Shown: positions 1 to 12,120, counted from the first letter of the whole stretch. The stretch: DNA of 63,991 bases, filler included, from Octopus bimaculoides (GCF_001194135.2; 5 parts of 4 records of this genome joined end to end with filler, not necessarily neighbours in it); one strand, 5' to 3'. Numbers and translations: made by a program. Notes: a model not told the origin generated them from the letters alone.

Positions 1-469
1 GAAACATACAAGATTATATTCTGTTGTTTAGCCAGCTGTATATCAACCTTGATCGAGCAGACCTATGGTTGTAGCACTCTGACCATGTGTAACCTGTCAT
101 TTTTTTAGTGGTATTTTGTATCATCCAATGTGCACTTATCCATTTTTTTTTTAGAATAAAAGTTTGATTTGAATAAGATTTGGCTTCTAGTTTTAGCAGG
201 GCAAGTGAGCATGTAGTGGCTCTTCTTTGGTTTCTCATATATTGTTTTGTAGGCAGTGTATCTGGGGGGTAGGTAGTGACACTCTAAAACAAGACTTACA
301 GAACAGAGAGAACCTGAATACCATCTGTCATAATAAAGTTTATTTGAACATCATTTGTCTTAATTAAATTTATTGAACCTCATCTATCTTAATGATGTTT
401 ATTTGAGCATCTATCTTAATGAAGTTTATAAATATTCAGCAACTTGCTTAGATAGTTACTGAGATTGAA

Positions 470-720
470 TACTACAGTATACAGTGCCATCTACAGGAAA
501 AATTGAATGCAAACATACAGGCATATTTATCAACACAAGGAATATTGATGGAGCATTTGCATGAAAACTTCCACCAAGTCCAAATATAACAAACCTGATA
601 TAGTTCTTTAAAACAAACAAACAGAAAGAAAATATATGTCGTCATAGAGGTTAGGTGTCCTATAGATATGAAAATTTCTTCCAAAATTACATCCTGATGT
701 CCTCCAATACCTATGGGACT
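470..720 (+). mobile_element. Decayed RLE-type (R4/Dong-like) LINE endonuclease fragment
   Basis: Broken frames read YNKPDIVL and VVIEVRCPIDMKISSKI. DNA aligns by eye to 52190-52430 (RPDIVVWD...IIEVSCPADMNISRKV). Confidence 0.65.
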
Positions 721-857
721 CCAGAATTGCAGAAATAGCATGACTCAATAAAGATCCGAAAGAGAGACACTATGTATATCACAAACAGGCTTAAAGACTA
801 ACAAAGAAGCTTAAAAACCAGAATAAAGATTGATACAATCTTTATTCTGTATCAACT

Positions 858-1040
858 TAACCTTTTTGTTACTATGTTTCAACTGAAATACATTGTATTT
901 GAATTAATTTTGAAAATAATGAAAAATTTAGTAAAATAATTTGTCATTATTAAGCTAATGTCTGGAGCTTGACATGAAATTTTGATGGAAAGTTTTCATT
1001 TAGATCACTTTTAAAACAAAGAACCATAGACCCAGGGTAT
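858..1040 (+). mobile_element. piggyBac-like MITE fragment
   Basis: Shares the body (ttttgaaaataatgaa...tttagtaaaataa...gtcatt) with 2404-2588, 18763-19470 and 23079-23299. Confidence 0.55.
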
Positions 1041-1116
1041 TCTCATGCAGGTTGGGATCAAAAGAAATAAAGCAGCAACATGACTACCAACATCATTGTC
1101 ATCGTCATCTTCTCGC

Positions 1117-1124
1117 CGTTGTCG

Positions 1125-1190
<66 letters not shown>

Positions 1191-1338
1191 TTCACTGTCC
1201 ATCTTTCATGCTGGCATGGGTTTGATAAGTTGGAGGACTGCATTATGCATCAATATCTTCTTTGGCTTGGTTTCAATGGCTGGATGTGCCAACCATTTCA
1301 CAGAATGTAGTGTGTAACTTTTTTCATGGCACCAGCAC
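1117..1338 (-). mobile_element. RTE-LINE 3' tail repeat (family B) with expanded (CAT)n/(CAG)n tail
   Basis: catcat tract followed by tttcatgctggcatgggtt...gctggatg, homologous to 23300-23575 and 24093-24402. Confidence 0.7.
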
Positions 1339-2403
1339 TAGTGATAATGTAATTAATAGTTCATTGTATTTATTTCAAGTTTACATTTACACAAGCGTTC
1401 AGTGCATGCATACTTTAGTCACAAGAAAAACATATTTGTTTAGCACAAGATTTTTGTGCGTACTGACTCATGAAAATTTTAAGGGACATACATAACTTGG
1501 TAACATGGAAGATTATCTTCATGTAAATTCGGAAACTGAGAAAAATGCAGAGCCAAACCAGGGGCATTAATAGGAAATGACAAGAGAATATCTTTAGGAA
1601 ATATTTACCCTTGTTAAACATGATATAATTGTTTTATGAATCCTGGAAACAATTTACAGCCATTTTTGTAGGCAAGCAAAGATTGAGTGAGTCAACAAAG
1701 GATTTATGCAGTCAGTTGACCAGTAAGAAAAAAAATTCTTCAAATTATAAGCCAGTTGTCTTAAAGAACACAAAGAACATGATTTTATTCTCTTTTGAGA
1801 GAGAATAAAATAAAAATGGCTTTGGTTATAGCTGTTATTGTTATCAGGGATAGCAAAAATAAGAATATGTAGTTATTTTAAAATAAGTTGTCTGTTTGAA
1901 GCCAAAGTTTCAAAAAAAAATAATACAAGTGAAGTTTACTTTTATCCTCATAATGGTAATTGCTACAGTGCACCAATGTATGATAAATATTGGTTTTTGT
2001 TTTATTGGAAGTCATTCCCAACATGACAGCAAGCAATCTGCAGTAAAACACAGATTTATGAAAGAAATGGAAAGTAAAAAATTTAATGAGAAGCTGTCCT
2101 AAGAATCATAAAATGGTCAACTCAAAATTTAAAAGAGTTAACATTGTATTTATCTGGGAAATAAGAAGAGAGTTTCTTAAGATAGATGTTTGAGGAAAGA
2201 AACTACAAGAAAGAAACATTTCAGAAGGGGGACAATGACAATGAAAGAATGAGAATTAGCCAAAAGATGAGTCACTCAATTAGTAATCTTAAAGAGAGGA
2301 AAGTTTGGTAGAACAATGACCATGGAAATATCTATAGAACAGGGAGATGAAAGAGGAGTTGAAGTTTAGCTGTCAAAAACAGAATCAATGTCAGAAACTT
2401 GCT

Positions 2404-2588
2404 TTTAACCCTTTTGTTACTATAATTCTATTGAAATATATTGTTTTGTATTCATTAATTTTGAAAATAATGAAGAATTTAGTAAAATAATTTTGTCATT
2501 CAGAACATAAATCAGCATAAAATTTTTATGGAATTTTGTATCATTGAACTAGTTTAGTCTCAGGTGTAGTAGTATAAAAAGGATTAAA
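2404..2588 (+). mobile_element. piggyBac-like MITE
   Basis: TTAA-CCCTTTTGTTACTAT at the left end and GTAGTATAAAAAGGA-TTAA at the right end: imperfect TIRs flanked by TTAA. Confidence 0.6.
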
Positions 2589-3574
2589 CTCATTCAATGA
2601 GTGAAAGAACACCAGTAGAGACATTAGCCCCAATGGAACAACAGCATTCCATGTAAGGACAAATAAGAGATTATTTATAAAGATTCTGCAGAAAAGTAAA
2701 TGTTAACATTGTTAGTTTAATGAACCAAGAGATTTTAATGAATTAAAATTACACATTTAAAGATGAGAAGCAATCATTATGTTAATAACACTAGTAAAGA
2801 AAGGTGGAGAGACAATGCTAAAATTTAGCTTAATTAAACTAATTAAATATGGAATACAGTGTCTGTGATAAATAATGGAGGAAATGGTCTTTATGGAAAG
2901 GTGAATAATTAAATTGAGCTCCATATTTTCAATGGTAAATATTTGTAGAAAGGTCATTGATGTGTATAACACACTTCTGTTGTCATTCTAAATTATTTCT
3001 TTCAGTTTTCCTTCTTTAAAATCTTGTTATTAGAAAAGAAGACTACTTGGAAGAAGACAATATAAACTCAGCCGCGAAGAGAAAGATGAATATGCAATTA
3101 TAAGTTGAGATAAAGTGATAGATAAGTATAACAGAAAGATAGTTAAGTAACTAAGAATAGACAGGAAAATGCAGACAGGTATACATACAGAGAGAGGGGG
3201 GGGAGAGGGGAGAAGGGGAGAGAGAGAGAGAGTATGAATACATTAGAAATGGATAAATAGACAAAAAGACAAAAACTCAGACAGAAAGAATCTCTGAAAG
3301 ATAATAAAGGCAGTACTAAATCAGATGTTATTTTGATATTTAATCAAGTGTATAAATTATGTAGGCATGTTTGTTACATTTACCTAGACATTCATAGACA
3401 TATGTGTGTGTGTGTGTGTGTGAATGAGTGGAAAAACAAAAGGGAAGGGTACTTGACACATTTAGTAGGAGTTACATGTATTCCTCAAAACAGATTGATT
3501 CAGTTCCATGTGAAACTTTAAGTTGCATGGAACTGAATCAAATTATTTTAGATAATGTATACAGTATATATATA

Positions 3575-3723
3575 TCATCATCATCATCATCATCGTTTAA
3601 CGTCCGCTTTCCATGCTAGCATGGGTTGGACGATTTGACTGAAGACTGGCAAGCACCAGGCTGCACCAGGCTCCAATCTGATCTGGCAGAGTTTCTACAG
3701 CTGGATGCCCTTCCTAATGCCAA
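3575..3723 (-). mobile_element. RTE-LINE 3' tail repeat (family B), runs into a gap
   Basis: (CAT)n then cgtttaacgtccgctttccatgctagcatgggttggacg, near-identical to 24093-24245. Confidence 0.85.
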
Positions 3724-4315
3724 NNNNNNNNNNNNNNNNNNNNNNNNNNNNNNNNNNNNNNNNNNNNNNNNNNNNNNNNNNNNNNNNNNNNNNNNNNNNN
3801 NNNNNNNNNNNNNNNNNNNNNNNNNNNNNNNNNNNNNNNNNNNNNNNNNNNNNNNNNNNNNNNNNNNNNNNNNNNNNNNNNNNNNNNNNNNNNNNNNNNN
3901 NNNNNNNNNNNNNNNNNNNNNNNNNNNNNNNNNNNNNNNNNNNNNNNNNNNNNNNNNNNNNNNNNNNNNNNNNNNNNNNNNNNNNNNNNNNNNNNNNNNN
4001 NNNNNNNNNNNNNNNNNNNNNNNNNNNNNNNNNNNNNNNNNNNNNNNNNNNNNNNNNNTGAAAGTTCATAAAATTCTTATGATGTCAACAACATACAATT
4101 CTTGCTTGTTAGAACAAAGATTCTAAAATGGATAGAGAAATTTGAAGAACTGTTTTGGTCAAATGGTAGAACACCTCTCATGTCTATAGAAGAAGTGAGT
4201 TTGTTTTCCAAGGGCAGCCTTCAGCTTTCTCTATCCAAAAGGGATTTTAACCTAATATTTACATGCTGTATTTTAGAACCATTATGCCAAAAAAGAATTA
4301 TATATAACATACATT

Positions 4316-4670
4316 GGTGCAGGCATAGCTGTGTAGTAAGAAACTTGCTTCCCAACCACATGGTTCCAGGTTCAGTCCCACTGTGTGGCACCTTAGGCAA
4401 GTGTCTTTTATTATAGCCTCAGGTCAACCATCATATATATGTGCATGCATGTGTGTGTTTGTATTAGTGTTTGTCCCCTATCACTACTTGATAACTGGTG
4501 TTGGTTTGTTTACATCCTCATAACTTAGCAGTTCAGCAAAAATGACTGATAGAATAAGTACGAGACATTTAAAAAAAAAAAATTAAGTACTTAGTTAAAT
4601 TCATTCAACCAAAAGTTCTTCAAGGCAGTGCTTCAGCATGGCCATAGTCTAATGACTGAAACATAAAATA
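4316..4670 (+). mobile_element. tRNA-derived SINE (family A), degenerate
   Basis: tRNA-like head with A-box-like tagctgtgtagtaag and B-box-like ggttcagtccc; tail cagcatggccatagtctaatgactgaaaca; homologous to 5596-6014. Confidence 0.85.
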
Positions 4671-5083
4671 TAAGTGTGTGTATATGAACATGTTATAGGG
4701 ATTAACAACATATATGGGATTAACTACATATATGTACATATCATAAGTTGTATACACACTTTAAAGTGGTTAAATGCATGTTGATATTTGTCATGACCTT
4801 TTACTTGTTTGTTGCAAGAAATTCTTGTCTGCAGGTTGTATTTCTTCTTCATTTTTGGAATTAAAATAACCTGTAACTCTTGTTACAGTCAAAACAACTA
4901 GTTTACCTTAAATAGTCAAGTATCTTACTGAACTGACTAAGTAATTTGTGTTAATCGAGGATAGTAAACTAATTAATCTAGAAACACTCACCATACCCAA
5001 TACTCAAGACTTGTTTTACACTGTCACTACCAAGAACATTCACCCTTACTTCTAGCGAGTTACATCATTATCATCATTACCAC

Positions 5084-5229
5084 CTGTTTCTGTCTTCCAA
5101 GCTTCACAAGCTTTTGGTCAGCCCAAGGCTATAGTAAAAGACACCTCCCCAAGGTGCCATGCAGTAGAACTGAATCCTGGATTTTGTGGTTGGGAAGCAC
5201 AAACTTCTTACCACATAGCCTTGCCTGTA
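5084..5229 (-). mobile_element. tRNA-derived SINE (family A), 5' half
   Basis: Reverse complement of the family A head (ccaaggtgccatgcagtagaactgaa...cttaccacatagcc). Confidence 0.8.
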
Positions 5230-5595
5230 TGTTGACTAAATGAAATAAAATGAATGAACAGCCAAATAAATCATTACAAAAAGTGGGGGAAAGGGAAAAT
5301 ACAAAACAAGCAATAATTAAAAAAAAAGAATTTCTGTTGTTCAGTTTTAACATTGCAGATGGTATAATTAAAATCACACCTTTTGCAATGAGAAAATTAT
5401 ACATTTAGCAATCTTGACTAATTATAGTCAAGAAAAGAGGAGAGACATTGCTGGAATTTAACTTAATTAAAATTAATTAAATATAGAGTGCAGTGTCTTC
5501 CGCAAATCTTAGATGACATGGTGTCTTTGTGGAAAAGTGAACAATCAAACTGAGTTCCATGAATGGCATTGATAGATGTTTGTAAAAGTTACATA

Positions 5596-6014
5596 GGCGC
5601 AGGAGTGGCTGTGTGGTAAGTAGCTTGCTTACCAACCACATGGTTCTGGGTTCAGTCACATTGCGTGGCACCTTGGGCAAGTGTCTTCTACTATAGCCTC
5701 GGGCCGACCAAAGCCTTGTGAGTGGATTTGGTAGACGGAAACTGAAAGAAGCCCGTCGTATATATGTATATATATATATATGTATGTGTGTTTGTGCCTG
5801 TGTTTGTCTCCCCACCATCGCTTGACAACCGATGCTGGTGTGTTTACGTCCCCTAACTTAGCGGTTCGGCAAAAAGAGACCGATAGAATAAGTACTAGGC
5901 TTACAAAGAATAAGTCCTTGGGTTGATTTTCTCGACTAAAGGTGGTGCTCCAGCATGGCCGCAGTCAAATGACTGAAACAAGTAAAAGAGTAAAAGAGTA
6001 AGAGTAAAGAGTAA
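5596..6014 (+). mobile_element. tRNA-derived SINE (family A), near full length and young
   Basis: ggcgcaggagtggctgtgtggtaag head, internal (TA)n, retained CpGs, and an (AAAGAGT)n-like tail. Confidence 0.92.
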
Positions 6015-6419
6015 TATTTAAAGAATAAATAAATGTAGAAAGACCAAAAAACACTTATGTAATATGTAAACATAACTTATTTTAATACTAGCTTAAAAGC
6101 TGCACTTCATGTGGACTTTTAAACTAGCTCCTGTAGAGGGCTAATTGGTCCTGTGGTTCCAAACTAAAGAGACCTATGTAGCAGGACTATAATATGTCTA
6201 TAATGACTATATGCTCCAGTGTATCTTCTTTTTGGTATAATCTAGATTTCTGAGTACCAGAAAGTAATAACAATAACAGCAATAATAATTATCGCATAAG
6301 TATGGCTGCATGGTTAAGAAGCTCATTTTGCAACCATGTGGTTTCTGGTTCAGTCCTGCTGCACAGCACCTTAGGCAAGTGTATTCTGTATAATATTGTC
6401 ACAAGAAGTGCAGTGGAAT

Positions 6420-8019
6420 AGTAGGAAGTTTATTGGAGAAAGTGGTGTTTGTATTTGAAAGATGCATAGGAGCCATAAACACTATAGATGGATGGGAAAT
6501 TGATTTTCTCAAATGCCCTGGAGGCTCTCTAGAAGTAGAGGATAATTTTTGCTACCTAGGGGACCTAATTAGCTGTAAGGGAGGATGTACAAAAAGTTTA
6601 ATTTTTAGAATAAGAATAGGATAGAAAAAATTCAGAGCACTTTTACTTCTGTTGGTAATGTCTCTCTCCAAGTGAAAGGAAGATTGTATGATGCATGTGT
6701 ACTCACAACAATGCTACATGGTAGTGAGACATGGGCTTTGAATGCAGAGGATACGCAAAGACTAAAGAGGAATGAAGCTATTATACTCTGCTGGATATGC
6801 AGTGTCAGTGTACATGTGCAACAGAGCACTTGTGAAGTGAGAGAAAAGTTAGGTGTAAGAGTTATTAGATGCAGTGTGCAAGAGAGAAGACTGTACTGGT
6901 TTAATCATGTGATGCATATGAATGTGGACAGTTGCTTAAAGAAGAGCCAATCACTTAAAATGGATGGAACTTGTAGGAGAGGGAGACCTAGAAAAACATG
7001 GGACAAAGTACTGAAGGCCAATCTCAAGAAACTTAGCCTTATGAAGATGACAAAGGATTGAGATATCTGGTGCTTTGCTGTACTCAAGAAGATCCATTCA
7101 CCACAGCAGAATGGATATCCTAAACCACTTTGGTTAATACTTGTCAGTGAGGGATTCTGGTCCACACCCACCCACATCCTCTGTGCTTCCCACCCTGGCA
7201 ACCATTGCCCCCCCCCCCCCGGCAACCATTACCTCCCTCCACATGTCATCTCCTAACACCCATCACTTCTCTATCATCTGAGAGCAGAATAAGCACATAC
7301 TACACCCCCACCCAGCTTTCTCAGTTACCTCCCTCCTCACCCCAAACCACTTCCATTTCCCATTATCTTCCCCCCACCTACTGTCTCCACCAATCACCTC
7401 CTTTCTGTGTCATTCTTCATCATTAACACCTTGCTTATCTGCTATCACCTTCAATGCCCTCACATACCTACTGCAACCCTATATTTTCACACCATCATTT
7501 GTGTCAGTCATCCCTATTCTGCCCAGCTACCCAGTCCAAACCTCTGTATTACCCCCTTATTCTCACCATGCCCAATGTCCCTTGAGTTCATGTCCTCCTG
7601 ACACATCTTCACCACCATATCTCTCCCTATTGCCTTATTTATTTTACTCTCACCTACCCTCCTTTCTTTTTCAACTGGAGTATCCATGTATCTACTCTAC
7701 AGCAAGACACACATCTCTGTCCATCTATACCCCTAATCTCACATCAACTGGCACAAAGCCACTCCACTTTCCCAGCTGAGGGTTTCTTTTTTTTCTGTCT
7801 GGCAAGTTATTTGGTGACCCTGTCAGTGCTTGTGCCACGTAAAAAGCACCAAGTACACTCTGTAAAGTTGTTGGTATCTGGAAGGGCACCCAGCCATAGA
7901 AACCATACCAAACAGACAATGGAGCCTGGTGTAGCTCCTGGTGTTACCAGCTCCTGTCAAACCATCCGACCCATACCACCAACAAAGAAATCTTATATTA
8001 AACAATGATGATGATGATG
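6420..8019 (+). mobile_element. 5'-truncated RTE-clade LINE: RT C-terminus, C-rich 3' UTR and (ATG)n tail
   Basis: Translations FCYLGD, KGRLYDACVLTTMLHGSETW, RRLYWFNHVMHM and GRPRKTW are typical RTE post-RT motifs. One in-frame stop. Ends in a family B tail at 7821-8019. Confidence 0.88.
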
Positions 8020-8022
8020 CGT

Positions 8023-8067
<45 letters not shown>

Positions 8068-8155
8068 ACATGCACGCATGTACCCCAGCATGCCTACAGT
8101 TCAATAACTGAAACAAGTAAGATCACGATGGTGATGATGATGATGATGATAATAA

Positions 8156-8372
8156 TAATAATCCTTTTTACTGTAGGCACAAGGTCTGAAATTTTAGGGG
8201 AGGAGACTAGTTGATTACATCACCCTCAGTATTTTACTGGTACTTAATCTACTGACCCTGAATGGATGAAAGGCAAAGTTGACCTCAGTGGAATTTGAAC
8301 TCAGAACATAGTGATGGGTGAAATACCACTAAGCATTTCATCCACCATGCTAAGAATTCTGCCAGCCACCTT
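8156..8372 (-). mobile_element. tRNA-derived SINE (family C, Nin/Deu-like central motif)
   Basis: gatgaaaggcaaagttgacctcagtggaatttgaactcagaac (reverse B-box gagttcaaattcc). More than 10 related copies in the window. Confidence 0.85.
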
Positions 8373-8385
8373 AATAATAATAATG

Positions 8386-8420
<35 letters not shown>

Positions 8421-8426
<6 letters not shown>

Positions 8427-8640
8427 CCTTTGTACTGTAGTCACAAGGCCTGAAATTTGTGGGGAGGGATTAAGTCGATTATATCGACCCTCGTGTGTAA
8501 CTGGTACTTATTTAATTGACTCCGAAATGATGAAAGGCAAAGTCAACCTTGGTGGAATATGAACTCAGAATGTAGCAACAGACGATATACTGTTAAGCAT
8601 TTTGCCCGGTGTACTAATGATTCTGCCAGCTTGCTGCCTT
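8421..8640 (-). mobile_element. tRNA-derived SINE (family C), tandem with the previous copy
   Basis: Same structure, separated from the previous copy by (AAT)n. Confidence 0.85.
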
Positions 8641-8652
8641 AATAATAATGAT

Positions 8653-8860
8653 AACAAGAGCACTCAGAGAGCGCAAACCTCTGCCAAGGCAACACCAACA
8701 TCCTCTCAACGATTAGCTGGAGATGATTTTTAAAATGAGAATATGTGAAATAAACTCGACTGCTCTCACAAATGAGAAAACTAAAAATGAACCCGACTAC
8801 CCTCAAAAATTAAGTAAAAAATCATCCAGAATCCTTGTTCAGTACCTGATCAATCCCAAT
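8653..8860 (+). mobile_element. HINE/DINE-1-like non-autonomous element (family E), 5' part
   Basis: Matches the 5' half of 11747-12120 (aacaagagcactcagaga..acctctgccaaggc). Confidence 0.75.
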
Positions 8861-8929
8861 GGTAGTCTTGGAATGTGAAGGTGGGTGTGCAGGCCATGTT
8901 TGTAATGCTGTGTGTGTGTTGTCTGCAGT

Positions 8930-9065
8930 GGGAACAGGGACAGTTTTCTCTATGAAGGCCTTTTTTAGTCTATCCACTGATATAGTATCTTTATGATCAT
9001 TAAAGTCCATAGTGGAAAATTTAATCTGTGTATGAAAGAAAATGGAAAGGATCTGCACATGGTGC
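8930..9065 (-). mobile_element. Gypsy integrase C-terminal remnant
   Basis: Minus frame FSTMDFNDHKDTISVDRLKKAFIE resembles the Gypsy integrase end motif (DTVSIDRLKPA). Upstream frame PCADPF resembles PYxGPY/F. Confidence 0.7.
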
Positions 9066-9328
9066 TATTAACGGAGGTTTAACAACATCATTGCACACAA
9101 AAATGTGTGTCCAAGAAGTAAAGCTTCCTTCAAGTCAGAGCTAGCAATGCAATTGTCAAGTAGGCAAGAGGTTTTAAACAGGAGCGATATATTCAAAATT
9201 GGTAAAACTAAAAATTGTCAAGGATAAATTAAATTTATTATTGTTATTGAGTATGTTAGTGTTATTTAATTTCTGAACAGTTTTGCTGCTGTTTCTTTAT
9301 GCAGTTTGATTTCTTTATCCATTAGTTT

Positions 9329-10429
9329 TGTAGTGAAACTACCTATCGTCACTAGATACAAAACTACTATCACCATTACATACAATCTTCTCATTTAAAT
9401 ATAAATAAATGCGAGCGTAGTAGAGAACCCATTCCTTGTCATCACGTGACTGATTAATATTCGAAGCGGCAACTTCTTCGAACCGTTCCCGCCAGAACGC
9501 AAACTGACCAATCACAGCCCTTAATAAGGTCACGTGATAGAGTATAATTCTGATATCTGGTGAGCCCCCTTAACGCTATAAATAGATCAACTCATACCCC
9601 ACAAATTTGTCTCGGTCCAGTTTCTCTTTGAGATCTGTTCCATGTACCACACGACAGCAGCTGTAACAAATAGCCAGCGACCACTTCAACAGCTTCTTCC
9701 AGCCAACGATGACCACCGCTGTCGCCACATCAGCAACAAGAGTCTACGACTACTATCCAGCATCATCGTCATGACCAACACGATTACTACCAAGCAGCCT
9801 CAATCTCCACCAGCGTCTACACGACTTTCTATGTACACCAAACTACCGCGGCACATCTCTCTCTTCGATTCTGTTAGGTGACTTAGCTTCACCACGATAA
9901 TAAACAGACAAGATTCTCAGCCAGTGACGAACATCTGTATAACAAGAATCACGGCCCGGCATCGATGCCATGACATCACAACTAGTGATCAGCTCTGCCA
10001 CACTCAGCCAACTCACTTCACATACAGATTCATATTATTGTGTACCCAAGAACTGGTATAATTGCTCACGTGTTATTGACTCTCTTTCCATCTGCTGTAA
10101 TAACTAACATACACACACATGTATCACTCACATACACACTTTTCTTTGTACGAAGGCCTGTCTTTGATTATGTTCTTATATGTCGCATTCACACTCTCAC
10201 ACAGACATACATCTTTAACACGACAATAAATATCTCTGTTATTCATCTAATACGGTTGTGGTCTTTCATTACTGGTCATCTATGTTATCGTCGTATAACA
10301 TATTTGTATATCATCTTTGATATATATATTTTGTGTTCGACTGTGTGACACGTTTAAATAAAAGGAGTGCTCTGTTTCTTCCATTCGTCACCATTTCTCC
10401 TTTTTGAGTTCGCACAGTCGTTCCTTACA
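9329..10429 (+). mobile_element. Solo LTR (Gypsy-like)
   Basis: TGTA...TACA termini flanked by a 4-bp GTTT duplication. TATAAATA at 9577-9584, AATAAA at 10357-10362, CCAAT and CACGTG boxes. CpG-rich, with no PBS after the 3' end. Confidence 0.8.
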
Positions 10430-10600
10430 GTTTCTACTAAGATAGAGACGCAAGTAAAATTAATGATGGAGAAATGAAAATAAAACTTTCGAAACAGCAA
10501 TGCCATCATAACTTACATGGAAGCCACGAGTGATAATCGGAGAAAGACTTAAAAGTCAATGTAAGATCATAATACTTCATCTAAAGTAAAGTAAATATAT

Positions 10601-10798
10601 CAAATAATCCAGAATCCTTGTCCAGAACCAGATTGATCCCAAAATCTAATCAGTTCATACCAGTCATGAGGCCAAACATCCCTGAAAGTTTCATTCGAAT
10701 CCATCCAGCGGTTCTTGAGATATCTTGTCCACAGACAAACAAACAAACAAACATGACTGAAAACAATACCGCTGCCTTCGCTAAGGCAGAGGCAATAA
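10601..10798 (+). mobile_element. HINE-like element (family E), 3' part
   Basis: (ACAA)n microsatellite and terminal hairpin ctgccttcgctaaggcag; matches 11930-12120. Confidence 0.75.
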
Positions 10799-10804
10799 TG
10801 ATAA

Positions 10805-11022
10805 TAAAAGTTTCCAATTTTCCCACAAAGGCAGCCGTTTTATGGGAGAGGAAGTGTTGATTACATCGACCCCAGTGTTCAACTGGTACTTTATTTATCA
10901 ACCCCGAAAGGATGAAAGGCAAAGTTAACCTTGGCAGAATTTGAACTCAGAACGTAGCAACAAACGAAATACCACTAAGCATTTTACCTGGCGTGCTAGC
11001 AATTCTGCCAGTTTGTCACCTT
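10805..11022 (-). mobile_element. tRNA-derived SINE (family C)
   Basis: accccgaaaggatgaaaggcaaagttaaccttggcagaatttgaactcagaacg. Confidence 0.85.
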
Positions 11023-11095
11023 AATAACAACAACAACAACAACAATAATAATAATGATAATAATAATCTTTTCTATAATAATAATAATAATAATA

Positions 11096-11140
<45 letters not shown>

Positions 11141-11161
11141 GTAATAATAATAATAATAATA
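11023..11161. repeat. (AAT)n/(AAC)n microsatellite
   Basis: Direct reading; produces the spurious poly-N ORF at 10993. Confidence 0.95.
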
Positions 11162-11592
11162 AATGCTTAGAATCAAGTCAGGTGAATTATATGCAGGGAA
11201 TGTGTTTAGACAAGCAGTTTTTCTATTTCTTATGTTAAGAATAAAACAAGAAAGAGATTACTAGATACTTTAGACATTCATGAAAAATGTGCTCTGCTTG
11301 TAAATCAGCTTAAAATTTCCAAGTATGTATACAATAAATAAATTGAAACTGAATGTTCTGAAAGATTAAGTTAATAAAAATGTGTATCGTAAACTCATAA
11401 ATTAACAGTAAACATTTATAATAATGATTTTTTTTTGTTGTTGTGGATTATTTTCTTTATTTTGTATACTTATTGTCATAAATGCTGACAGCATGTTTCA
11501 GCTTTCTCCAACAGCTTTAATCTGATGTGTGTTTGTTTGTGTGTGTGTGTGTGTGCACACGCACACGCGTGTACATACATACATACATATAC

Positions 11593-11638
<46 letters not shown>

Positions 11639-11746
11639 AGAAGAAAAGAGGGATTAATAAGTCCAGGCTGATATCTATAAAGCATTCAGAGTTAAATGAA
11701 TTTGGTTAAATATGTCAAGCAATCAGATACAAATAAATGTAAGTAG

Positions 11747-12120
11747 AACAAGAGCACTCAGAGAACGCCAACCTCTGCCAAGGCAACACCAACGTCATCT
11801 CAACAATAAGCCAGAGATGATTTTTAAAATGAGAATATCTGAAATAAACTCGACTGCTCTCACAAACGAGAAAACTAAAAAAATGAACCTGACCGCTCTC
11901 AAAACTTATGTAAAAAAAAAACGAAAAATAATCCAGAATCCTTGTCCAGTACCAGATCGATCCCAAAATCTAATCAGTTTATGCCAGTCATGAGGCCAAA
12001 CATTCCTGAAAGTTTCATCTGAATCCATCCAGTGGTTCTTGAAATATCTTGTCCACAGACAAACAAACAAACAAACATAACTGAAACAATACCTCTGCCT
12101 TCACTAAGGTGGAGGTAATA
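11747..12120 (+). mobile_element. Full-length HINE/DINE-1-like element (family E)
   Basis: 5' subterminal acctctgcc motif, (ACAA)n, and a 3' hairpin acctctgcct-tcact-aaggtggaggt followed by taat. No TSD seen. The architecture matches Helentron-associated elements. Confidence 0.7.

Noticed and set aside
1058-1317. Poly-Ala/Asp/Ser/His/Gln ORFs
   Set aside because: Translations of the (CAT)n/(CAG)n tail of a family B repeat.
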